Assembly (NCBI GenBank): GCA_018713865.1
Contig: DVOD01000046.1
Coordinates: 249 to 64,248, forward strand
Direction: 5' to 3'
DNA from: Candidatus Limenecus avicola
GTDB lineage: Bacteria > Cyanobacteriota > Vampirovibrionia > Gastranaerophilales > Gastranaerophilaceae
DNA: 64,000 nucleotides
Numbering within the stretch: the stretch's first letter is position 1; each line of letters opens with the position of its first letter. Shown here one piece after another: positions 21,010 through 29,071 of the stretch. A program made the position numbers and the translations under genes. The notes under the pieces were generated by a model. It was not told the DNA's origin, ran no database searches, and saw only the letters and a list, made by a program, of their open reading frames with translations.

Positions 21010-21867
21010 ATGCAAAATCAGGATAACAATGACAACATAAATATAGAACGCAGGGTTAAAATTAACCAGATGCAAAGAAATGTCAGACGCGGTAAGGAAC
21101 GTCTGAAATGGTTTCGCTGCTGGGTTCGTTTGTTTATGATCATGGTTTTGATTTTTGCAGCATACAAGGTTTATAAACTTCCGCAGTGGTATTTAAACAA
21201 AAATATATTCTCGTCTGCAAGCAACAATACACTCAAAATTGTTGGCAACAGTATTACACCCACCTACAGAATCATATCTATTTTGAGGCAAACACCCGTA
21301 CCGCAGCGACCAATTTATCTTTTTAATACATCTAAAATTGAAAAAGAAATCGAAAAACTTCCACCCATTAAAGAAGTTTATATCCAAAGACTGTGGTTTC
21401 CTGCACGTTTAAATATTATGGTTGTGGAAAGACGACCGATTTTGAGTATTTCGCCTGACCCGAAAGTAGCACCCATTGCGTTTTTTGCAGAAGGAGGAAA
21501 GCTTATCGGCAGGGATTATCTTCCTTTAAAAAATGTAGAAAAGACCATTCTTGTTTTGACTTATGGGACTAAAGGCGATGATTACAGAACCTGGGATGAA
21601 AAAAGAATAAAAAAAATAGAAACCATTGTACATGCAATGGAACAGTTTTCGGGCCAGCCTGTGGAATATATTGATTTGAGAAATCCAAAGGATATTTATA
21701 TAAAACTTCCACAGGTAAATGTAAGGTTGGGCGAATTGGATTATATGGCGCTTTCACGTGTAAGAAATATTTCTGCAATACTGCCCCAGATTAAAACACT
21801 CAACAAAAAAATAAAATACATTGATTTAAGATGGGAAGATACTCAGTACATCAAACTTGAGGAATAA
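21010..21867 (+). CDS. ftsQ: Cell division protein FtsQ/DivIB (TM plus POTRA)
   Basis: Basic N-terminus, a single TM (WVRLFMIMVLIFAAYKVY), then a POTRA-like region. Conserved position after ddl. Confidence 0.75.
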   Translation: MQNQDNNDNINIERRVKINQMQRNVRRGKERLKWFRCWVRLFMIMVLIFAAYKVYKLPQWYLNKNIFSSASNNTLKIVGNSITPTYRIISILRQTPVPQRPIYLFNTSKIEKEIEKLPPIKEVYIQRLWFPARLNIMVVERRPILSISPDPKVAPIAFFAEGGKLIGRDYLPLKNVEKTILVLTYGTKGDDYRTWDEKRIKKIETIVHAMEQFSGQPVEYIDLRNPKDIYIKLPQVNVRLGELDYMALSRVRNISAILPQIKTLNKKIKYIDLRWEDTQYIKLEE

Positions 21868-21869
21868 AT

Positions 21870-22370
21870 ATGATTGTGGATTGCAACCTTCTGGCATTAA
21901 ATAATCCTGATGACATACTTCCTTATCCAACTTACAAGTCAGGTCTTTTGGATACAGACAAGGGTTATGTAAGGTTTGGATACCCGTCTGTCAGTTATCC
22001 TATTTTAAATATGCCTTATATTTTAGAAGATTTTGAAGGCAACACGCTGCCACCAGGGCATTATCAGATAGTGCTTTCACCTGACAGACGCACATTGTAT
22101 TTTGTGGAGTCTAATCAGATAAAAGCCTCTGTACCTGTTGTAAAACTGATTGAAAAAATGGTCTCTCAAGAAGAAGAAAAAAAGCGTATTGAAGAACAAG
22201 AAAAAATTGCAAAAAAATATAAGAATAACCCAAGAAAGCGTCCGCTTGACCAGACAGAACGAAAAAAACAGGCAAGCATGGAAGCCTCTATAGACAATTC
22301 ACAACCGGAATATTATATTCTCAATTACAAAAACGGAAATATTAAGGCTACAGGTTATATTTTTAAATAG
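21870..22370 (+). CDS. Hypothetical 166-aa protein with a Lys/Glu-rich middle segment
   Basis: Starts 2 nt after the ftsQ stop. Coding-like composition. No motif recognised. Confidence 0.5.
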   Translation: MIVDCNLLALNNPDDILPYPTYKSGLLDTDKGYVRFGYPSVSYPILNMPYILEDFEGNTLPPGHYQIVLSPDRRTLYFVESNQIKASVPVVKLIEKMVSQEEEKKRIEEQEKIAKKYKNNPRKRPLDQTERKKQASMEASIDNSQPEYYILNYKNGNIKATGYIFK

Positions 22371-22931
22371 TTAATTAAACTTTGTCTGCGCAGCGTTAAG
22401 GCCCTGTTCAAGGTACACCTCAACAGCATCTTTGGCATTTTTTAGCACATCTTTGATTTCTGACAGCTGCTCTTGCGTAAAGTTTTGTAGAACATAAACC
22501 TCGGATGGCAGCGGGGGTTGTGGGCCAATGCCTATTTTTAAACGGTCAAAGCTATTATTGCCGCCAAGCACATTGATTATAGATTTTATACCGTTATGGC
22601 CTCCGTCAGAGCCTTTTGAGCGAAAACGCATTTTGCCCACCGGCATTGCAATATCATCATATATTACAAGGATATCTTCTTTTTGGATTTTATAAAAGTT
22701 CATAACACTTATCAACGATTGACCTGAAAGATTCATGAAAGTATGCGGTTTTAAAAGAATCAACGACTCTCCGTTATGGTTTATCTTTGCAATTTCGCCA
22801 TTGAATTTTGATTCGAATTTAAAATCAAAATTCCACTGATAGCTCAAATAATCAAGCACCATAAAGCCTGCATTGTGCCTTGTAAATTTATATTTATCGC
22901 CAGGATTGCCCAGCCCTGTAATAAGTTTCAT
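22371..22931 (-). CDS. pth: Peptidyl-tRNA hydrolase
   Basis: MKLITGLGNPGDKYKFTRHNAGF and GSDGGHNGIKS motifs. 186 aa. Confidence 0.95.
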   Translation of the reverse strand: MKLITGLGNPGDKYKFTRHNAGFMVLDYLSYQWNFDFKFESKFNGEIAKINHNGESLILLKPHTFMNLSGQSLISVMNFYKIQKEDILVIYDDIAMPVGKMRFRSKGSDGGHNGIKSIINVLGGNNSFDRLKIGIGPQPPLPSEVYVLQNFTQEQLSEIKDVLKNAKDAVEVYLEQGLNAAQTKFN

Positions 22932-23100
22932 TGTTGTACTCTCTTTATAAATGGTGTTTTAAGTTTATAAATAAATAAGATTGCCCCTATTGTTTCGTCC
23001 TGATTACCAATAACAAAAAGTTCGAATCAGTTTATCAATATAATATAAAATTTAGAACATTTTCAAAATACTTTATATATTTTAGGGACGGAGGAGACTA

Positions 23101-23667
23101 ATGTCAACCAAGAGTAAAGCCATAGTGAATCTTAAAAGCAGTGAAAAGGTTGCTAATTTTTTAGAATCCAATCACTTGCATAAAAAAGATTTTGCAGAGA
23201 TGATAGGCGTTACTCTCTCTTATGTTTACAATCTGATAGACAGTGCCATACCTTTTTCCACAAGGGGGATAACATTAGAGAGAATTGCTACTGTAATGGA
23301 TGTAGAGCCTGAAGAATTTGTAGAATACAAAATTCCTCAGGAGCCTATTCTTATGGATGAATCCATAGAGTTTTTAAAAGAAAAACAAAAGGAAAAAGGA
23401 ATTTCTACTGTTCAGCTTTTAAAGAGTTTTCCCAGAAAAAAACGGGTAGAAATTGTTGATATCTTACGAGGGGCAAGACCTATACCGCTTGATTGGAAAG
23501 AGCTTTCCCTGATAGCGCAGGTCTTGGATATCAACAAGGAAGAAATTTACCCGTACTGGGAAGAAAGAACAAGACAGCTGTTTCAAAACGCAGGAATGAA
23601 CCTTCAGGCAAATCAAGGCCTTGTTGATGCAATGTTTGACTGCGCAAGAAACTATGTGGACAAATAA
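23101..23667 (+). CDS. XRE-family helix-turn-helix transcriptional regulator
   Basis: HTH segment HKKDFAEMIGVTLSYVYNLIDS with a second HTH-like repeat in the C-terminal half. RBS GGAGGAG upstream. Confidence 0.6.
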   Translation: MSTKSKAIVNLKSSEKVANFLESNHLHKKDFAEMIGVTLSYVYNLIDSAIPFSTRGITLERIATVMDVEPEEFVEYKIPQEPILMDESIEFLKEKQKEKGISTVQLLKSFPRKKRVEIVDILRGARPIPLDWKELSLIAQVLDINKEEIYPYWEERTRQLFQNAGMNLQANQGLVDAMFDCARNYVDK

Positions 23668-23672
23668 AACTA

Positions 23673-25010
23673 TTATTTGCCTATACAAAAATGCTCAAAT
23701 ATATTTTCCAAGATTTCATCGGTGATAACCTCGCCGGTGATTTCGTCTAAAGAAAGCAATGCAGCTTTTATATCTATAGAAATCAAATCCTGCAATTCTC
23801 CGTTTTGGGCGGCAAAAAGAGCATTTGTCAGGGCATTTTTTGCATTTGTCAGGCATTCTTGCTGGCGCTGGTTGGTTACAAATTCTGTTTCCAATGAATT
23901 TTTATCAAGCACAGCTTCTTTTATTTTTTCTTTTAACTCTTCTATATTGTATCCGGTCTTGGAAGAAATGTTTAAAGCCTCCGGGTTTGGCACCTCGGCA
24001 ATATCAGCTTTTGTTGCTATTTTTATATGAGGTTTGTTTTCTATCATTTCATATATCAAAGCATCATTTTCGTCAAAACCTTTGCTCCAATCAAAAAGGA
24101 AAAGGATGAGGTCAGCATTTTCCACACAATTTTTTGTGTATTCAATACCAATAGCCTCTACCTTGTCTACCTCTTCGTTGTCTCTTATTCCGGCTGTATC
24201 AATGAGAGTAGCCGGTATGCCGTCGATGTCAACAGATTCTTGAATAACGTCTCTGGTTGTCCCAGGGATTTCCGTAACAATGGCTCTTTCTATATTTAGC
24301 AGAGCATTAAATAAAGAAGATTTCCCTGCATTGGGGCAGCCTGCTATGGCAATTTTTATGCCTTGACGCATTATGTTTGAAGCATTGGCATTTTTTAAAA
24401 TTCTTTCAATATTACTGATATTTTTTTGACACTCTTCTATCAGATAAGAATATTCAGGTTCTTTTACGTCTTCCGGAAAGTCAACTGCAGCAATGATTCT
24501 AGAATAGAGAGTAAAAAGAGAATCTTTTATTTGTTTGATTTGTTGAGCAAGAGCGCCTGATAGATTGTTAGCACTTTTTTGTGCAAAGTTTGATGTTTTT
24601 GCATGGATAATATCAAGCACAGCCTCGGCTTGAGACAAATCAAGTTTTTTGTTTAAAAATGCTCTTTTTGTGAATTCTCCTTTTTGTGCAAGACGCGCAC
24701 CGTTTTTTAGTGTTAAATCAAGAATTTGTTTTACGACTTTTGGCCCACCATGGCATTGTATTTCTATAACGTCTTCGCCTGTATAGCTGTTTGGATTTTT
24801 AAAAGGCAAAACAATAACTTCATCGATTTTTTTTTTGTTATCAATTATCCAGCCGTGACAAATTCTGCCCGGTTGCAATTCTTTTTTTGAAAATATTTTT
24901 TCTATTATTTTAAAAGCATCACTGCCTGACAGGCGTATTACACCAACGCCTCCTGCACCAAGGGGGGTAGCTATTGCAGAGATTGTTTCAAATTCATAAT
25001 TTATATTCAT
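23673..25010 (-). CDS. mnmE: tRNA modification GTPase MnmE (TrmE)
   Basis: G1 GCPNAGKSS, G3 DTAGIR, and the invariant C-terminal CIGK. Confidence 0.95.
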   Translation of the reverse strand: MNINYEFETISAIATPLGAGGVGVIRLSGSDAFKIIEKIFSKKELQPGRICHGWIIDNKKKIDEVIVLPFKNPNSYTGEDVIEIQCHGGPKVVKQILDLTLKNGARLAQKGEFTKRAFLNKKLDLSQAEAVLDIIHAKTSNFAQKSANNLSGALAQQIKQIKDSLFTLYSRIIAAVDFPEDVKEPEYSYLIEECQKNISNIERILKNANASNIMRQGIKIAIAGCPNAGKSSLFNALLNIERAIVTEIPGTTRDVIQESVDIDGIPATLIDTAGIRDNEEVDKVEAIGIEYTKNCVENADLILFLFDWSKGFDENDALIYEMIENKPHIKIATKADIAEVPNPEALNISSKTGYNIEELKEKIKEAVLDKNSLETEFVTNQRQQECLTNAKNALTNALFAAQNGELQDLISIDIKAALLSLDEITGEVITDEILENIFEHFCIGK

Positions 25011-25138
25011 AACTTGATAGTAGTATCAACAGGTATGTTTTTCAATTATTGTTTAATATTGTAAATAAATTTAAGACTGACTGGCAAAAAATATCTTATT
25101 CCAACTTAAAATAAAAAAAAGAGAAAGAGTAGGGATTT

Positions 25139-26812
25139 ATGTTATTAACACCGGTTAATTTATTTTTGCAAAGGCAAACAACTTTAAAAAACACCGCAAA
25201 ATCTGCAAATCAAACAAGTGTTACAGCTCCAATGCCATATGACAGTGTTTCTTTCGGCAAAAAATTATCAAATGAAGAAACTACAGCAATTTTTAACAAT
25301 TACAATCCTGTTGTAAAAGACTTTGATTCTTATCATGTGCCTGTTCACAATAAAGATATCGCTCGCAGATTACAAAAAAGCTATACTGAAAAATCCTTTC
25401 ATGATTTGTTTAAATACGTAAAAAAACACGGTACTTTTGACATAAACTTAGACCCTGAAACAAAATTTGTACAAACCAGCATAATCGACAAAAAAGAAAA
25501 TCCTCTTATGTCAAAATTGGTCTGGGTTACAGACACAAGCAATTTTATGCCGCTTTTAAAAGATACAAATCCTGATTTGTGTGTACCTTTGATGGAAAAT
25601 ATATCAGGTTATTATGCAAAGCAGCAGAGCTCTTTTGACAAAATAATCAACAACCCGCTGCTTTTTGAACTAAACCACGACTGGCCTAATACAGCAAAAA
25701 ACGGTGTGGGACACGTATTTAACCCCGAAAATAAAATAACCCACAAATGGTATCCAAGAACAAGGCTCGATTCCATTGGTTTGTATTTAGGCACAATGTC
25801 AGACCTTATCAAAGACGGTTTACAAGGCTCAAAATACGGTTACAAAAAAGCAGCCGATATATCCCAAAATGCTATTGAATCCATTGCAAACACAACAGCT
25901 TATTTAAACAAAATTGTATACCCCTATGCAAAAGATACAGGACCATGGGAAGAAAAAACATTCAACTCAACAGCCTCAAGCGATGTTGCAATTATCAATG
26001 ACGCGTTTAGAAAAGTTATTGATTTAATGTATTCTCCAACAAAGGATAAAGAGCTTTTAAAAGTACGCACCCGTTTATTAAATGCCAAAAACGGCAGTAT
26101 TTTTAAAGACGAGCAAGGACTGCGAAATATGCTCAAAATAGGTGAACACAGAATCAAAACAAACAGCGCGTGGGAATTTCCAACACAAAGAAAACGTGAC
26201 GGTGCAATGAGTTTCATATTTAAAACCGAAAAACTTGATGAAGATGTTATAAATAACGCAATAAAGGTTTTTGCAAGACTGAAAAAATTTGAAAAACCAA
26301 CACCAAAGAACAAAGAACTTGTAAGAGATAATGGTATTTTAAGATACACCGGTGATAATTATTTATATATAAATGCTGACCTTGATTTTGAGAAAAACGT
26401 ATACATTCCAAACCGTAAATTCCCTGACAGAACAGAGGCCCAGTGGTTTATGGTCAGCGATATGTCAAAAGCTTACGGAATGATAGCAAAAAGCCTGATG
26501 GACTATATAGCCAAAGGAGGAAAAAGCAACGCTGCAAAAAACCTTTTGCAATATGCAATGCAAAAAGAAACCGAATACATAAACAGAAGCTATGCAAGAA
26601 TTACAGGAAAAAATTCATACAAAGCCAACGCAAAACCCTGCCCTGCATTTAAGGTTCCGGAAGCATATCAGGCAGTAACAGATGCAAAAGGAAAAATAAA
26701 ATTTGTACCCGGTACACATACTCCGTTAACCTGGGCACAGGCATCCTTGTATGACGCGTCAAAACTTTTTGAACAAAATCTAAAAAGATACCCTGAAATC
26801 ATCAAAAGCTAA
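25139..26812 (+). CDS. Glycoside hydrolase family 15-like (alpha/alpha)6-barrel protein, no signal peptide seen
   Basis: Three GH15-type motifs in the right order: LVWVTDTSNF (W..D), DTGPWEEKTF (WEE acid motif) and HTPLTWAQASLYDA. Assigned from motifs only. Confidence 0.45.
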   Translation: MLLTPVNLFLQRQTTLKNTAKSANQTSVTAPMPYDSVSFGKKLSNEETTAIFNNYNPVVKDFDSYHVPVHNKDIARRLQKSYTEKSFHDLFKYVKKHGTFDINLDPETKFVQTSIIDKKENPLMSKLVWVTDTSNFMPLLKDTNPDLCVPLMENISGYYAKQQSSFDKIINNPLLFELNHDWPNTAKNGVGHVFNPENKITHKWYPRTRLDSIGLYLGTMSDLIKDGLQGSKYGYKKAADISQNAIESIANTTAYLNKIVYPYAKDTGPWEEKTFNSTASSDVAIINDAFRKVIDLMYSPTKDKELLKVRTRLLNAKNGSIFKDEQGLRNMLKIGEHRIKTNSAWEFPTQRKRDGAMSFIFKTEKLDEDVINNAIKVFARLKKFEKPTPKNKELVRDNGILRYTGDNYLYINADLDFEKNVYIPNRKFPDRTEAQWFMVSDMSKAYGMIAKSLMDYIAKGGKSNAAKNLLQYAMQKETEYINRSYARITGKNSYKANAKPCPAFKVPEAYQAVTDAKGKIKFVPGTHTPLTWAQASLYDASKLFEQNLKRYPEIIKS

Positions 26813-27038
26813 ACCCTTGCAATAAAAGGGTTTGCACAAAAACATTAAGAAATATTACAAACAATTGTCTTTTTTAAACAAAAAAGGCAATTATTTCTTA
26901 TGGAAATACTTTATATATATACGAGAGATAAAAAGAGATTTAAAGAGAGATTTAATTTTTTAAACACATACATACACACTGACCTACCACACTAACCTAC
27001 ACTTACTTACACACACGAGGAATCAAACAAGATTCGAC

Positions 27039-27069
27039 GGGAAATTCATTATGAGTTTCCCTTTTTTTT
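27039..27069 (+). terminator. Strong plus-strand intrinsic terminator abutting the dnaA stop codon
   Basis: A 10-bp stem GGGAAATTCA / TGAGTTTCCC with a TTA loop, followed by T8. The last Ts overlap the dnaA stop (27068-27070). No U tract follows on the minus strand. Confidence 0.7.
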
Positions 27070-28450
27070 ATTTATTCATCTGTTTGGAAATCAATTCAAC
27101 ATTATGAGCAAGCCCGAGATTTGTTCTGAGCTCCTCTTTTATTTTGTCATAAGAGTAGAGTATTGTTGTGTGTTTCTTTTCAAAATACTCGCCTATTGCA
27201 GGAAAGCTCTGTTTTGTAAGTTCTCTGCAAAGGTAAATAGATACCTGTCTTGCTTCAGAGACTTTTGCACTGCGGCCAGAGCCTTTTATTTCGTTTGGTG
27301 AAATATTATAAAAAGATGCAACCTCATCGACTATGCCGTCAAATGTGTATGTTTTTTCTTTTTCATTATAACCGATTATTCGTTTTACATTCTCTATTGT
27401 AAGAGGAGTTTCGTTTATACTTGCGTACGCTGTTACACGGTTAAATGCCCCTTCCAGCTCACGGATATTGCTTGCATAAGTAGAAGCGAGAAACTCGATT
27501 ATGTTATTTGGCACCTCGATATTTGTATCTTTGGCAAGGTTCTGTAATATCGCCATTCTTGTTTCGATATCAGGAACCTGTATATCTGCCATAAGACCCC
27601 ATTCAAAACGGCTGATAAGCCTGTCTGACAGGGAAGGAATCTCTTTGGGTGTTCTGTCTGATGTTAGTACAATTTGTTTTCCCGCACCGTGAAGAGTATT
27701 GAATGTATTAAAAACCTCTTCTTCAGTTCTTGTTTTGCCGGCAATAAGCTGGATATCGTCAATTAAAAGTACATCCACTTCGCGATATTTTTTGCGGAAC
27801 CTGTTCATGTTTTTAGTTTTTTCGTCACCCCTTGCGAGCGCATTAACTACGTCATTAACAAACTCCTCGGCGGTGATAAAAAGCACCTTTAAGTCAGGTC
27901 TGTTTTTTATAATATAATGGCCAATCGCCTGCATAACGTGTGTTTTGCCAAGCCCCGGACCTCCATAAATATACAAAGGATTGTATTTTGTGCCGGGGTG
28001 TTGAGCTACAGTTTGTGCAGCTACATAAGCCAGCTTGTTATTAGAACCCACAACAAAGTTTTCAAATTTATACTTCAAGTTTAAATTTGATGACTGCATT
28101 TGTGTAAGGCTGTCATACTTGAGTTTTTGGGGCTGTTCTTCGTTTTGTAGTGCTGTTGATTTTGCTTTTGATTTTTTAGATATTTTTTTTGCCAGCTCTT
28201 CATCAAAGATAATTTTTATCTCAAGATCTTTTTGTGTAACAGACTTAACGGCTTGAGCAATTTCATTGTAATGATTTTTACGAAGCAAATTAACAGCAAA
28301 AGCCTGCCCTGTATGCAGAACAAAGCTGGTTTCGTCATAATATTGCGGTTCCAAAGGGTGTATCCAGGTTGTCAAAGTAGATTCGGAGATTTGTTTCTCC
28401 AAAATTTCTAAAACCGCATTCCAAACTTCTATAATATTTTCCTGACTCAT
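27068..28450 (-). CDS. dnaA: Chromosomal replication initiator protein DnaA
   Basis: Walker A GGPGLGKTH, Walker B VLLIDDIQ, and the C-terminal DNA-binding domain (RQVSIYLCRELT ... HTTILYSYDKI). Confidence 0.97.
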   Translation of the reverse strand: MSQENIIEVWNAVLEILEKQISESTLTTWIHPLEPQYYDETSFVLHTGQAFAVNLLRKNHYNEIAQAVKSVTQKDLEIKIIFDEELAKKISKKSKAKSTALQNEEQPQKLKYDSLTQMQSSNLNLKYKFENFVVGSNNKLAYVAAQTVAQHPGTKYNPLYIYGGPGLGKTHVMQAIGHYIIKNRPDLKVLFITAEEFVNDVVNALARGDEKTKNMNRFRKKYREVDVLLIDDIQLIAGKTRTEEEVFNTFNTLHGAGKQIVLTSDRTPKEIPSLSDRLISRFEWGLMADIQVPDIETRMAILQNLAKDTNIEVPNNIIEFLASTYASNIRELEGAFNRVTAYASINETPLTIENVKRIIGYNEKEKTYTFDGIVDEVASFYNISPNEIKGSGRSAKVSEARQVSIYLCRELTKQSFPAIGEYFEKKHTTILYSYDKIKEELRTNLGLAHNVELISKQMNK

Positions 28451-28492
28451 GTTTCTTATCTTACAACAAAAAGACTCAAAGTCATATAAAGG

Positions 28493-28858
28493 CTATTTGC
28501 AGATACTGAAATTTCTTACAAAATCTTTTGAAAAATCAGCAGCATTTCTTTTTTTGCGTTTAATTTCAATGCTGACATTATCAAGTTTTAAGAGTTCAAT
28601 CTGTTCTTTTATACAAGTGTCTTTGACAAACCATTTTATTTCACCTTTGCAGTATTTTGCATAGTGAAAGGTCGAAGACAATACACACATTTTTAAAGCG
28701 TCAATAAGATTTAGCCCTGAAATATCTATGCACAAAAAAGGGCAATCGTTTCTTGAGATATAATCCTTTGCCTCATTTATTGCCTCAAAAATATTGCAGT
28801 GGTAGTTACCTACTTTTAGATAAGCTTCTTGTCCGTATAATGAGTCTGTTGCAGTCAT
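28493..28858 (-). CDS. Hypothetical 121-aa protein, possibly STAS-like (anti-sigma-antagonist fold)
   Basis: FLCIDISGLNLIDALKMCVL resembles the DSSGL segment of SpoIIAA/STAS proteins. The ORF ends 43 nt before the dnaA start on the same strand. Confidence 0.35.
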   Translation of the reverse strand: MTATDSLYGQEAYLKVGNYHCNIFEAINEAKDYISRNDCPFLCIDISGLNLIDALKMCVLSSTFHYAKYCKGEIKWFVKDTCIKEQIELLKLDNVSIEIKRKKRNAADFSKDFVRNFSICK

Positions 28859-29015
28859 AAATTCTCTTATTATATCCGTCTTCTTATGTGTATACTGTAG
28901 GGAAAATGCTAATGTTTACAAATAATATAACGATACAATTTCAAAAAAATTAAACTATAGGATAAAAACTACATCTTTTGTATGAGAATGTAAATATATA
29001 AGGGTTTGAACACAT

Positions 29016-29043
29016 AAAAAAAAACCCTTGCCTTTGCAAGGGG
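29016..29043 (-). terminator. Intrinsic terminator of the glycine-rich gene
   Basis: On the minus strand, CCCTTGC-AAAG-GCAAGGG is followed by T9, about 30 nt after the stop at 29072. Confidence 0.8.
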
Positions 29044-29071
29044 ATTAAGTACTGTTTTAAAAAAACTATTT

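Noticed and set aside
23677-24299. Four overlapping plus-strand ORFs of 69-117 aa inside mnmE.
   Set aside because: They are antisense to a GTPase with all G-motifs intact. The translations are Ser/Phe/Leu-rich shadow frames.
27031-27042. The 12-mer GATTCGACGGGA is identical to the conserved 5' segment of tmRNA (GGAUUCGACGGGA in E. coli ssrA), and it sits in an unexplained intergenic region.
   Set aside because: Only a terminator hairpin follows before the dnaA coding sequence begins. No GGGG acceptor start precedes it. The gap has no T-arm/CCA-type 3' domain and no tag reading frame. There is no room for a one-piece or permuted tmRNA.
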